Shown here in pieces: positions 43,926 through 53,562 of a stretch of DNA of 64,000 bases. Origin of the DNA: Syntrophales bacterium (lineage in GTDB: Bacteria; Desulfobacterota; Syntrophia; Syntrophales; UBA4778). The notes beneath the pieces were generated by a model, which was given only the letters and a program-made list of their open reading frames with translations, searched no databases and had not been told where the DNA came from. Where the stretch lies: positions 1-64,000 of the forward strand of contig CAXXQE010000001.1 of NCBI GenBank assembly GCA_963665615.2, written 5' to 3'. Position 1 is the stretch's first letter. The number at the start of each line of letters is the position of its first letter. The translations under genes and the position numbers were made by a program.

Positions 43926-45161
43926 TCAGGAATTTTTCTCTATCGGATTTTTATCGGATTGGAAAGGAATTACATTGTCACGGTCCACAATCGTCTTCAG
44001 GTCTGTCATGGCGTTATGGACATACTGTTGTGATGTTCTTATATCGGAGTGACGAGCCAGGTCTTTGACCTGGAAAGCATTGGCGTGTTTGCTCCAATCC
44101 GTGATAGTGCTGTGCCGTGTCGCTTCGTATAAGGTCAATCCTTTTTGGCCGTATTTGGTCCATAGCTCGTTCAAATAGTGGGGCTTGTATCCTCGGCCTG
44201 TAGATGGATTAACAAACAGAAAATCAGCAGGGAAGCGCCCTGTAGCGTGTTTGGCGGCTATTCCCAAGGCGATCTTTGATAGCGGAATCCACTTGCGATG
44301 TTTTCCCTTTGTCCGTTCAATTAGAAGCGCACCGGAGTATGTTCGCTGTATTAAAGCGCGACTTCCTAGAAGATCAAGATCCCTGATTTGTATCGCACAG
44401 CCTTCAGATTTTCTTAATCCGGTTTCTCTAAGAAAGAAAAATATATCCTGGTGTTCTTCTGGAAACAGGTTGAATATTTTTATTTGTTCCTCATAAGGAA
44501 TAGCCCGCCTTTTCTCCCCAGTCGTGATTTCGATCTCGGGAAAGATAGGAAGTTGCACTCTTTCCCATCTATTGAGCCATCTAAAGAAAGTTTTTAGACA
44601 GTCAATGACGTTCTTGATCTGCTTTTCACTAACTCCCGTAATCCCGTTAACAAGTTCCTGCAAATGGGACAATTGAATTTCTCTAACATCAATCTCATAC
44701 AAGGGTGAATAGTAATTTCTTTTGTATGATTGATATTTTTTAAGGGTTTCATAGGAGAATCGGCCGGCGTCTGCTTCTATTTTCTTCTGTTTAATCCAGA
44801 CTTCATATTTTCTTGTGAATTTGTTTTCTTGAATGGCAGGCTGCAGCCAATCATTGATATTGAAAGACCTGTCTTTGATTTCCTTATTGATCTGAGTCAG
44901 GCACTGGAAGGCAGACGAGAAGGAGAGGGCAGTTCCGCTTTTATCGTGGTAAATCCGTTTATATTTTCCTTTTACAGAAATGCGAATCAGGCAGGAATCA
45001 TAACCGCACTTCGGGCAAACTCTTTCCCGTCTTGCGGTTCCGCACTTTTGACAAAGTATTGACCCCTTGACAAGTAGCTCAGCCATAATATCAGCCGTAA
45101 GCCCCCCGTGTGATCTTTCGGCTACGGGAATACTATTTTCTTGTGCTGCTTGCAAGGTCAT
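43926..45161 (-). CDS. int: Tyrosine integrase with N-terminal zinc-ribbon
   Basis: TGLRKSE, YEATRHS, LARHSDIRTSQQY; CQKC..CPKC. Start may be 45086. Confidence 0.92.
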   Translation of the reverse strand: MTLQAAQENSIPVAERSHGGLTADIMAELLVKGSILCQKCGTARRERVCPKCGYDSCLIRISVKGKYKRIYHDKSGTALSFSSAFQCLTQINKEIKDRSFNINDWLQPAIQENKFTRKYEVWIKQKKIEADAGRFSYETLKKYQSYKRNYYSPLYEIDVREIQLSHLQELVNGITGVSEKQIKNVIDCLKTFFRWLNRWERVQLPIFPEIEITTGEKRRAIPYEEQIKIFNLFPEEHQDIFFFLRETGLRKSEGCAIQIRDLDLLGSRALIQRTYSGALLIERTKGKHRKWIPLSKIALGIAAKHATGRFPADFLFVNPSTGRGYKPHYLNELWTKYGQKGLTLYEATRHSTITDWSKHANAFQVKDLARHSDIRTSQQYVHNAMTDLKTIVDRDNVIPFQSDKNPIEKNS

Positions 45162-45237
45162 TTTCGGGAAACTCTCAACCCCTCAAAAAAACGCCCTTTT
45201 CCACTTTTCGTTTTCGCCCCTTTGCGTCCTTGATCTA

Positions 45238-45945
45238 TTAAAGCATATCGAAGGGGGACCATTCCGCCGCTTGCGTATAATTTACTCCTTGTCGCGGTTT
45301 CGGATAGAAAGGCTTTCGGGAATACGCAGCCAGCACATGCCGGAGCGCCTCAATTACAGGCGGCAGTCCTGTTTTGATCATGTCTTTTGTGATCGGGAGA
45401 ATTTTCTGTTCGTCAAATTCTGTTTTCACAGCCCTTTCAATTTTCAGCATTCCCTCGCCATAAAGCCAGTCATGGATTAACTGCAGACCATATTCAGGAT
45501 TATCGGCCTGTGGCGCCTCTTGAATGCCGGCTGTCATCCAGGTTTCTTTGAAATACGGGAAGATGGTCTCCCAGCGAATGCGTTCATTGATATCTGATTC
45601 ATAACGGGTCAGACCGTTTGCCTTTTGGAATTTCTCAAACAGCATCTGATTTCGAGAATCAGCGTGAAAGTGGGTTACGCAATAAAGGTCTTTTAGATCT
45701 ATTGTTTTACTGAGAAGCTCTCCGATAGTCTGGGCTGTTTCCTGATCAAGCAGGATTAACTGTCCATACTCAGCGTTCTTGTCTTTCGGAGGTTCCTCCC
45801 CCACTATGCAGACAGCGCTGGGGGCCGGTATCAATGGCCAAGCAATGCCCCCCCACATCCTGCGGAAATGCCGCAAGCCGTGCTTTGTGCGAATCGTTAT
45901 AGCTGCTCTCGATGGTGAACTACTTGCTTCAATCTTTGTATTCAT
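45238..45945 (-). CDS. Hypothetical protein resembling a stand-alone terminase nuclease (RNase H-fold) domain
   Basis: WGGIAWP..PSAVCIVG..LILLDQ..FHADS..G..I..VIEALRHVL pattern, judged by eye; AAGGA RBS before ATG at 45945. Confidence 0.5.
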   Translation of the reverse strand: MNTKIEASSSPSRAAITIRTKHGLRHFRRMWGGIAWPLIPAPSAVCIVGEEPPKDKNAEYGQLILLDQETAQTIGELLSKTIDLKDLYCVTHFHADSRNQMLFEKFQKANGLTRYESDINERIRWETIFPYFKETWMTAGIQEAPQADNPEYGLQLIHDWLYGEGMLKIERAVKTEFDEQKILPITKDMIKTGLPPVIEALRHVLAAYSRKPFYPKPRQGVNYTQAAEWSPFDML

Positions 45946-45958
45946 ACTGATCCTTTTT

Positions 45959-47560
45959 TCAGATTTCGATTGTTTGATCATCGTTCAGTTCCGGGAATAC
46001 AAGGCAACCGCTTGACTGCCGGGAAATGCACTCATAATTAAAAGCGTGCCGGAAATGATCCGGTCCTAACTTTACATACACGTAGCGCCTCGAGCCCGTT
46101 TCCTCATCCTCTTCCAGCCGCTTGGCTACATTGTGGAGGTGATCAGCAAAGGCCTTTGTCATTTCGCTTTTTTGCGGGATGCTAATCGTTTGCTCCATGA
46201 TTTCTCTATGTGAAGCATCAAGGGATTCTGTTCTATTGCTTGAGACGACCAAATCTCTTTCATTCCATGCGTATGAACCTTTTTGATGTTCGCTGTAATA
46301 GTTTAAAAAGACCTTCCCCCGGTGTCTCTCAGCAAATGCCCGGGCATTCCTGGTTTCCGGCAATGCATCAACTACGCACCGGGAAACATGAAATGCCTTC
46401 ATGAGCCCGTCCAGCTCGTTCCAGTCTTTGTAAACTCCCAAGTGAATAATAGAACCGGTTTTCTGAAACGAATGCTTGCCAATAACCACGTGAAGGTCTT
46501 TCCCTTGATCAACACCCATTGAACACGGGCCGGGGTCCTCGCTTACAATTCCCGCGCTTGCACAAAGGGCAAGGACTTCCTGAACGCTCAGCCTGTTTGT
46601 CGCCTCGACATAGGCATTGCCTATTTTTAGATTGAAAAAATCAGTGCGGTTATTTGTTGTGCGAAACTGATGCAGAATATCCCCGGGGTCCACAAAATGA
46701 GAAAATAGCTGTGAATAATGATAGCCCCGCTTATCCGTTACTGATGGATGCTTTGCCACCCATTGCCCGATCGATGGATTTAATTCTGAGTGGCATTTCT
46801 GACATGCCCGGATCACCCGGCCATCAACTTCTTTCAGGCAATCCGGGAAGGTATCTTCAAGGCAAGTGTATTCTCCGCAGCGCTCACATTTCAAAAGCCA
46901 GTATCTTTGATCGGTCTCCTGGAAAGCCTTGTCTATTCCGTAATCCGGCAATGTAGGGTTAGAGAGTTTCAGGACCTCTTTAAACTCACTGTGCCCCATG
47001 CGCTCCATAGCCATATCAACAGCGTTCTGGGGGGCTTCGTCCAGTTCATCGAAGATAATGAAATCAACCGGCACCGATTTTAAGCCTGTCCTGGTCTTCA
47101 TGCCTCGCAGATAAAGAAAGCAATTCCAGATTCTCTTTACATTTGCCGAGTCAGCATCCTTCATCCATTTCCCTATGGTATCCGGGTTATCATCGATCAA
47201 AGGATCAATTCTGCCCTTAGAGAAATCCGTTACGTCAGACTTAGAAGGGAACAGATAAAGAATCCCCCGATAAGCCTTGTAGCGGGCACTGTGCGCGGTT
47301 CTGAGCATAGCCTTCGAAGTAAGCCCCATCTGAGCCGCTTTTATCTCAACCTGGTGCGGATGATCGTCATTGTAAGGCGTAATCAAATATTCATGCTGAT
47401 CGAAAGAAAAGGGCCTCCCATCGAGCACAATGTTTTGCGACCACTCCGGAAGGGAAGGGGCCTTGTTACTGTCTCCAAACTTTCTCTCAACTGATTGTAA
47501 TAGATCCTCGAATAGCTCTTGCTTCTTTGAGCCTTCGAACGATTCTTTCGCGCGTCTCAT
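45959..47560 (-). CDS. terL: Terminase large subunit, lambda GpA-like
   Basis: KAAQMGLT (GpA-type Walker A), YLFP, IIFDELD, SNPT, CxxC..CxxC, GVDQG, DHFRHA. Confidence 0.85.
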   Translation of the reverse strand: MRRAKESFEGSKKQELFEDLLQSVERKFGDSNKAPSLPEWSQNIVLDGRPFSFDQHEYLITPYNDDHPHQVEIKAAQMGLTSKAMLRTAHSARYKAYRGILYLFPSKSDVTDFSKGRIDPLIDDNPDTIGKWMKDADSANVKRIWNCFLYLRGMKTRTGLKSVPVDFIIFDELDEAPQNAVDMAMERMGHSEFKEVLKLSNPTLPDYGIDKAFQETDQRYWLLKCERCGEYTCLEDTFPDCLKEVDGRVIRACQKCHSELNPSIGQWVAKHPSVTDKRGYHYSQLFSHFVDPGDILHQFRTTNNRTDFFNLKIGNAYVEATNRLSVQEVLALCASAGIVSEDPGPCSMGVDQGKDLHVVIGKHSFQKTGSIIHLGVYKDWNELDGLMKAFHVSRCVVDALPETRNARAFAERHRGKVFLNYYSEHQKGSYAWNERDLVVSSNRTESLDASHREIMEQTISIPQKSEMTKAFADHLHNVAKRLEEDEETGSRRYVYVKLGPDHFRHAFNYECISRQSSGCLVFPELNDDQTIEI

Positions 47561-47963
47561 TATCAACTTCTCCTATTACAGTGAGGACTTCTTTTTGAAA
47601 ATCAGCAACAGCCTGCACATCATAGAGGGTCTTGAAAATCTCAAGCTGCAATTCCAGCTGCCCCCGGATCTCACGCATTGCCCTCAGCGTGGTGTCATGA
47701 TCCGCTGCTTCTATGGCTGCATCCAGAAGGGTGTTAGCCTTGCGGTTGATGTCCAACAGTTGCTCGACGGCGTTCAGGTTCTTCTCAACGACTCTTTGAG
47801 CATTTTCAAGCGCGACCGATTTCACCACTGCAACCTTTAACTCTTTGCGGGCCTGACTTATCGCGCTCCCGCTCACTCCAAAATATTCAGCGCAAACTTT
47901 TGCCGTCTTACCTGATCTCAGCATTTGGGATAATTTGACTTTATCAATTATGCTTTTTGCCAT
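47487..47963 (-). CDS. Putative terminase small subunit (N-terminal HTH plus helical oligomerisation region)
   Basis: SGKTAKVCAEYFGVSGSAISQARK HTH; directly upstream of, and overlapping, terL. Confidence 0.6.
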   Translation of the reverse strand: MAKSIIDKVKLSQMLRSGKTAKVCAEYFGVSGSAISQARKELKVAVVKSVALENAQRVVEKNLNAVEQLLDINRKANTLLDAAIEAADHDTTLRAMREIRGQLELQLEIFKTLYDVQAVADFQKEVLTVIGEVDNETRERIVRRLKEARAIRGSITIS

Positions 47964-48005
47964 TGCTTAAAAGTTCCTTAATGTTAAGTATTTTTACTTA
48001 ATTCC

Positions 48006-48194
48006 TTATTCGTATTCATCAGGGTCTTCGGCATAAATAATTTCACCATTCCTAATCCCTATGACCCGATCCCACGGCCGGGGTTTATCGTCGGCTTCGT
48101 CCCAGATCCTCTCCCATTCTGCCGTTTCCTGTTCCTCTCTGGCCGCCCTCGTCTGTATTGCTAAGACGACCAGTTCGTGCCCTGTCAACATCAT
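48006..48194 (-). CDS. Hypothetical protein
   Basis: Acidic 62-aa ORF with GGGG RBS, within the operon. Confidence 0.5.
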   Translation of the reverse strand: MMLTGHELVVLAIQTRAAREEQETAEWERIWDEADDKPRPWDRVIGIRNGEIIYAEDPDEYE

Positions 48195-48200
48195 CGCCCC

Positions 48201-48791
48201 CTATATCCAATTCTGCATTTTACGGAAGAGCACGCGCATATCACCGTGATCGGTCGGAACGAGCCGGTTTTTGTAATTGCTCGACAGGGTGATGCTATAC
48301 TGATTCCCATATTGCAGAAGGTCAGACCATAGAGACTCCATGAAATTAATATGCGATTCAACAGAACTGAGGGCAGCCCTGACAATGTCATAGTAAACCC
48401 CGTCCAGTGCGTTCTTTGATGCGGTCAGAATCTCCCGGCTGATAACTTCCAGACGGTCCGTAATCGCGGCCTTTCGAGCCTTGGCCTTCTCAAGGGTGTT
48501 TTTGGCTTCCTCCGCCTCGGCTTTCTTCTGTTCGGCCTTCCCGAAATCGCCGGCTGCAAGGAAATCATCCGCTTCACGCTCGAGAACCCTTATCTTGGCT
48601 TGGGTCATGGTCTCCAATTTGGCGAGAGTGCCTGTCAGCGTCTTCCTCTCCTCTTCGAGTTTCGCCCGTTCTTCGTAAAGATGATTCGTCATCTCTGCCT
48701 GCCGGCTGTCCAGCATCTCCATAAGCATTTTCTTGATTTCGCTGTGGCTGTTCCTCAACTGATTCAAATTCTCTTCAATGCGGTTTTCCAT
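48201..48791 (-). CDS. Coiled-coil hypothetical protein
   Basis: E/K/A-rich heptads; AAGGAG RBS. Confidence 0.7.
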   Translation of the reverse strand: MENRIEENLNQLRNSHSEIKKMLMEMLDSRQAEMTNHLYEERAKLEEERKTLTGTLAKLETMTQAKIRVLEREADDFLAAGDFGKAEQKKAEAEEAKNTLEKAKARKAAITDRLEVISREILTASKNALDGVYYDIVRAALSSVESHINFMESLWSDLLQYGNQYSITLSSNYKNRLVPTDHGDMRVLFRKMQNWI

Positions 48792-48815
48792 TTTTAAATC
48801 TCCTTGAAATGTGTT

Positions 48816-50438
48816 TTAGTACCAGCTACCGACTGGCACGAACTTGAAGCCCTGGTGGACCTCAAAATTGATCTTGGTTAAAGTGGGCATTTGATCTGCT
48901 TCCCGGAAACGATTTTTTACGACCTCTAGCTTGCCCCAGTCCAAAGCACATGCAAGCGTTGCCGCCTTGATAGAGTAGATGCCGCCAGTTCCCATTGTTG
49001 CACCTGGTTTTTTCTGGACCGTGATAAGAGCTGTCCCTTTATTCAGCCGCTTGATAATCGCGCTTATGACACCGTGTATGTTGAACGCCTTCTCGCCTTC
49101 CGGCTCTAAGTAGTCGATGACGTTAAAGGCATCAGGCTGAACCTTGTCGGCAATATTGTAGAAGTCCCAATTGTCCACGACCTTCATGTGTTTCTGCCAT
49201 TCGCTGATCGGAAGTGGAAAATGAGATAGCTTCTGTTTGAGCGCTTCCGGTCCCATCTCGCTATTGAAGTAAAACGTGGAATGCCGCCGCATGTTCTCAG
49301 CAATGGCATTGAAGGCAAAAAGGGTTTTACCGGTCCCGGATACACCCGCAACCACGACCACACCCTTGGGGAAGATCTTTGTTTTAGCGTGCAAGCCAAG
49401 GGGGAGAGAAAGGTCAATGGAATTTTCAATATCGGCATTGGCAAAGTCCATGAACTCGATGCTTGTATCAATGCGCCGATAGTACCCGCGCCTATCCCCG
49501 TGCTTCTCTAAGATTTGATTTGGGGGTTCACAAAGACGGAGCAAGGCCATATTCGCTGCCTTCATTTCGTCTCTTGTGGTTACTTGTAGCTCCCGGTGGC
49601 ATTCTGTGGTTGAGAAGTTGCCTGTTGTGGTTTCAACCCATTCCCGCACCTCTTGAGCAAGATTTCTTTCCCGGCGCTCTGCCCTCTGCATTGCGCTTCT
49701 AATCTTATTTTGTACTTCACTTCGAGGGAAAGGGGGTTTGCATGAAGAGGCTAGAATATCAAGCACTTGCCGGGCCATCTCTTCTTTACATCCGCCCTTT
49801 ATTAAGCAATTTGCGACTGTGAAAATGTCTTCATCCCGTCTGCCTTCCAAAAAGAATTTGTGGTCTTTGTGGTTGTCTGTGGTTTCCGGGGGTCTTCCAT
49901 CTGCCCCCCTATATGCATTAATATTTAATATATTTAATAGGGCATCGGGGACGGGCGGCGGCTCGACCTCCTCAAGGGAAAGCCCTTGCATCCAGGTATA
50001 GCCCTTGCCTTCGCCATTGATTGATGGCGGTGCCACAATATAACCGCCTTCACCTCTGAAATCGACGCCCGGCAAGAGCCCCGTCCCGACTGTAATCTTG
50101 CTATCTGCAGGATAGAGAAAATACAGGTGCCATCCACCGCGGGGAGTTCGGGCAGTAGGAACAAGAAGAGAATCTGGAATCAGCCTTTGAACTGCTTCGA
50201 ACCCCCCAGGAGTATCGCAGTCGATGACGAGGATTCCTGAAATTGAACCAGTTACGATCCCAATCATCTTGAATGGCCATTTAACAATCTCTGAACTCTC
50301 GGGCTTTCGTTTTTGAAACTCTCGCCATTGTTGCAGGCATGGCTTTTTGTCAGGCCCTACTGGGATCACACTGAAGCCGAATTTTTCTCGGCAATGAATT
50401 GCTGCCTGGATTATTGGAGTTTGCATCCGATTGTCCAT
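48816..50438 (-). CDS. Bifunctional primase-polymerase (Prim-Pol) + PriCT + P-loop helicase replication protein
   Basis: FSVIPV..KKP, GIVTG..VIDCD, TPRGGWHLYF, DFRGEGGYIVAPPS, EGRRD, GVSGTGKT, VIDYL. Confidence 0.9.
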   Translation of the reverse strand: MDNRMQTPIIQAAIHCREKFGFSVIPVGPDKKPCLQQWREFQKRKPESSEIVKWPFKMIGIVTGSISGILVIDCDTPGGFEAVQRLIPDSLLVPTARTPRGGWHLYFLYPADSKITVGTGLLPGVDFRGEGGYIVAPPSINGEGKGYTWMQGLSLEEVEPPPVPDALLNILNINAYRGADGRPPETTDNHKDHKFFLEGRRDEDIFTVANCLIKGGCKEEMARQVLDILASSCKPPFPRSEVQNKIRSAMQRAERRERNLAQEVREWVETTTGNFSTTECHRELQVTTRDEMKAANMALLRLCEPPNQILEKHGDRRGYYRRIDTSIEFMDFANADIENSIDLSLPLGLHAKTKIFPKGVVVVAGVSGTGKTLFAFNAIAENMRRHSTFYFNSEMGPEALKQKLSHFPLPISEWQKHMKVVDNWDFYNIADKVQPDAFNVIDYLEPEGEKAFNIHGVISAIIKRLNKGTALITVQKKPGATMGTGGIYSIKAATLACALDWGKLEVVKNRFREADQMPTLTKINFEVHQGFKFVPVGSWY

Positions 50439-50644
50439 TAGTCTTCCTGGCCCTCAAAGCATTCTTCTGGATTGAGTCCAAGAATTCTTCCAACCTCCAC
50501 CACCTTTGCATTTCCAGGCCTGGCTATTGTTGCCCCAGACATGAACTTATAAAGATCTGTTGCAGATATCCCTGCTTCTTGAGCAATCTTCCAGGCTGGT
50601 CTCTCTGCGAGTTTTACAGCGATCTTAAATTTCATACTGACCAT
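50438..50644 (-). CDS. Small XRE/Cro-like HTH protein
   Basis: WKIAQEAGISATDLYKFMSG; translationally coupled to the primase gene. Confidence 0.7.
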   Translation of the reverse strand: MVSMKFKIAVKLAERPAWKIAQEAGISATDLYKFMSGATIARPGNAKVVEVGRILGLNPEECFEGQED

Positions 50645-50753
50645 AAAAGCCTCCTAAACAAAAAAATCTGCAGTGCCTTCTGACAGCTGCAGATTCTCAA
50701 AAAATTATTATTATTTCACGGTCACAAAAAATACATTTTTATGCCCGTTAACT

Positions 50754-51521
50754 TTATTTCATTGAAATGGAATTCCTCCTCAAGAACTTAATGAAATTAT
50801 CAATGTCGTCAAGAGAGGAAGCTCCCTCATCTTTAAAAATTTCCTCCCGCATCATGTCAGCTAAAGACGGGAGCTGGTACTCTTGATTCTTATCTTCCTT
50901 TCTTTCATTCAACCACTTCCATGTTTCTCTGGCAGTTAAACCCAATTTGATTTTTGTGAATGGAATTAGATAACGGAGAACACGAACGTATTCCTTATTT
51001 TTATCTTTCTTTTTATTATAGCTTTTTTGTTTAAGGGAATCAGCCAGCTTGTCAATAAATCCCCTATCACCCTCAAGCTGAGAAGCTGCCATGTGTTTGA
51101 TAACAAAATCAAGCCCGATTGCAGATTTATCCCAGAGTACTAGTTTAAAAATAGCTCGTGCGTTTCCTTCTTTACCTTCAGCAAGAAGGGCTTTAATCCC
51201 TCTCTTTTGGATTTCTTTAATGTAAATGCTAAATTGTTCCTCTGCTATTTCCTCCGCCATGTCAAAAGGGTTAATGTCTCTGAAGCAATTACCGGGATTA
51301 TCGGGAATTTGAAGGCACAGCAAAATATGAAGTCTAATGAAATAAATTAAATGGGAATGCAGCCTAACAGAAAAAATATATTTAAGCTCCTGCTCAAGGT
51401 CGTTGCAATATTTCTTTGTATAGAGATCTGTAAATTTTTTGCAATTTTTAACATTTCCATCGATGTATTCTTGTAAAAAGATTTTAAATTCTTCAATATT
51501 GCGCGGTTCTTTTAAATTCAT
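50754..51521 (-). CDS. Hypothetical protein (AT-rich)
   Basis: 255-aa ORF; no motif recognised. Confidence 0.65.
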   Translation of the reverse strand: MNLKEPRNIEEFKIFLQEYIDGNVKNCKKFTDLYTKKYCNDLEQELKYIFSVRLHSHLIYFIRLHILLCLQIPDNPGNCFRDINPFDMAEEIAEEQFSIYIKEIQKRGIKALLAEGKEGNARAIFKLVLWDKSAIGLDFVIKHMAASQLEGDRGFIDKLADSLKQKSYNKKKDKNKEYVRVLRYLIPFTKIKLGLTARETWKWLNERKEDKNQEYQLPSLADMMREEIFKDEGASSLDDIDNFIKFLRRNSISMK

Positions 51522-51700
51522 GCTCCGCCCTCTCAAGAGCCCCTAGCTTTGCCGGGAAAACGGGGGAGGGGTGTTCCCCCCGCTTGTCGGTCCGTCGACC
51601 TATCCCCGGAGTGTTTTTAAAATCTATATACCCGAAGCCAGTCTAAATCAACCGCTCACGGATCGGGCCGGGGTTCTCGGCCCTCACCGTCAAAGGTCAA

Positions 51701-52042
51701 TTATGCGGCCGGATTTATAATTACATTATTTCCCCCGGCAATATTTTTGTCCTTCCCCGCTTGTTCCCAATATGCATCGAGCCGGGGGCTTGTTTTTTTT
51801 ATCAAATCAGAAACAAACTCAAAGGCCATCATAGATGCTTCTTCGTCTGTCGCTGAATCGTAAAGAAACTGTATGCGCTTTAAGAGATCATCAAAGTCCT
51901 CCCATATTGAGTGAAAGAGACCATAGTTGACAACACCAACCGGAAACTTGATAGCACCATCGTCTCTTTTTACAAAATTGGTTAAATGGAGGTCCTTTCC
52001 CTCTTCAACTGCCGCGCCCTCTTGAGTTTGATCCTGATTCAT
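51701..52042 (-). CDS. Hypothetical protein
   Basis: ORF with AAAGGTG RBS. Confidence 0.6.
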   Translation of the reverse strand: MNQDQTQEGAAVEEGKDLHLTNFVKRDDGAIKFPVGVVNYGLFHSIWEDFDDLLKRIQFLYDSATDEEASMMAFEFVSDLIKKTSPRLDAYWEQAGKDKNIAGGNNVIINPAA

Positions 52043-52113
52043 TTTATTCACCTTTCTGAACCGCTTTGTTCTGTTAGACGACCGTTTGAAAGAACACAGT
52101 TTGAATGATTCTC

Positions 52114-52800
52114 CTATAAGTACATTGCGTTAAGCTCTTTTGGAGTATGGCTCAAAACCTTGTGGACAGTGGCAAGAGATAAGCCTTCGTCGCTGGCGAT
52201 TGCTCTCATTGATTTACGCTTCCCGGACCTGCCCGGTCTGTGCATGGCTTTCATCTTGCGGATGGTTGCCTGTTGATCCGGATTCTCGACCAAGCGCCCA
52301 TCGTGACGTTGATATCCGAAAGGGACATTGCCTAACCATCCCCCGGATTGCTTCTTGTGGGAAAGGGCATCAACCGTGCGCTCTGAGATAAGATCCCGTT
52401 CCATTTGTGCCATCGCTGAAAGGATTGTAAGCAGAAACTTGCCTACTGCTGATGAAGTATCAATCCGATCAAGGACACAGTGAAAGGCAATTCCCTTTTT
52501 CTCCCATGCTTCGAGAGCGTTCAGGATATCAATCGTCCGCCGGCTTAATCGGTCCAGCTTGTACGTGATAACGGCCTCGATCTCCCCGGCCTCGATCATT
52601 TCTTGAATCCGGTTCATCCCTGGCCTGTTCATCGTTTTACCGGAGATCCCCTCATCACGGACGATCCTGACGAGTTCTAGGCCATTTAAATCCGCATACG
52701 CCCGGATCTTTGCTTCCTGGTTGTCTAGGGATATGCCTTCTCGCGCTTGGTCCTCAGTGCTTACTCTGCAATAGCCGATGGCTGTTGTTGCTTTGCTCAT
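52114..52800 (-). CDS. Serine recombinase (resolvase family)
   Basis: GYCRVSTEDQ, DEGISG, RPG, KLDRLSR, MAQMERDLISERT, G.VPFGY, C-terminal HTH. Confidence 0.93.
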   Translation of the reverse strand: MSKATTAIGYCRVSTEDQAREGISLDNQEAKIRAYADLNGLELVRIVRDEGISGKTMNRPGMNRIQEMIEAGEIEAVITYKLDRLSRRTIDILNALEAWEKKGIAFHCVLDRIDTSSAVGKFLLTILSAMAQMERDLISERTVDALSHKKQSGGWLGNVPFGYQRHDGRLVENPDQQATIRKMKAMHRPGRSGKRKSMRAIASDEGLSLATVHKVLSHTPKELNAMYL

Positions 52801-53057
52801 GTCGTCACCTCTGCATTACCCACTTCTTGTGATGCCCTGCAGATCAGTTCTTGCGCCTCGAATACCTGATCCATGATGTCTTTTGCAATGGTGCTCATGC
52901 CGTAAAAGATGCTGTTGCGGTCCCTCTGATCGACACCAGAGAAGTCACATCCATTGCTGCCAGCGTAATCGCTCATAAACGTTAAAACGGCCGCTCGCGC
53001 AGAACAGTCAAGAAGGATCGACGCCGCCTTCGATAAATCGTCCTTTGCCTTATTCAT
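52797..53057 (-). CDS. Hypothetical protein
   Basis: ATGA overlaps with both neighbours; GGAGG RBS. Confidence 0.6.
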   Translation of the reverse strand: MNKAKDDLSKAASILLDCSARAAVLTFMSDYAGSNGCDFSGVDQRDRNSIFYGMSTIAKDIMDQVFEAQELICRASQEVGNAEVTT

Positions 53058-53449
53058 ACTGCCGCCTCCTTGATTTTCTTGCTTGCTGGGATCAAAGCAA
53101 TTCCAGCAACGTTTCTGTCATAAAAATTACGATAACGAACATCTTCATCATAAAGGATATGGATATCGCCTATTGTTTTACTGATAAAGTTTGCAATAGA
53201 AACTAGTTCCCTTTGTGCCTCGTTAATTATTGGACTGAGAGCGACACCGGTCCGTACATTTTCATCGCCATCACCAAGACAATCCAAAAAAACTTTGAAT
53301 TTTTCCATGATTAGATGAAAACGCCCTAGAAGATCATCTGAAAGTTTTGAGGTGTCTATCTCTTTATTAAAATCCGCAAAACGATAAATAATTGTTCCGT
53401 CCTTTCCCTGCTCCATAACAATTTCCTTTTCCGCTTTTTTCATCTTCAT
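53054..53449 (-). CDS. Hypothetical protein, first gene of the leftward operon
   Basis: AAAGGA RBS before ATG at 53449. Confidence 0.6.
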   Translation of the reverse strand: MKMKKAEKEIVMEQGKDGTIIYRFADFNKEIDTSKLSDDLLGRFHLIMEKFKVFLDCLGDGDENVRTGVALSPIINEAQRELVSIANFISKTIGDIHILYDEDVRYRNFYDRNVAGIALIPASKKIKEAAV

Positions 53450-53562
53450 GTTTTCCTTTCTCAAACAAAAACCCCTGAAGATCTCTCACGGCCACAGGAG
53501 CCGCCCACAGCCTCACGACTGAGGGAATCTTCAAGGGTTCTTTCTTGTGTTATTAAATTTTT

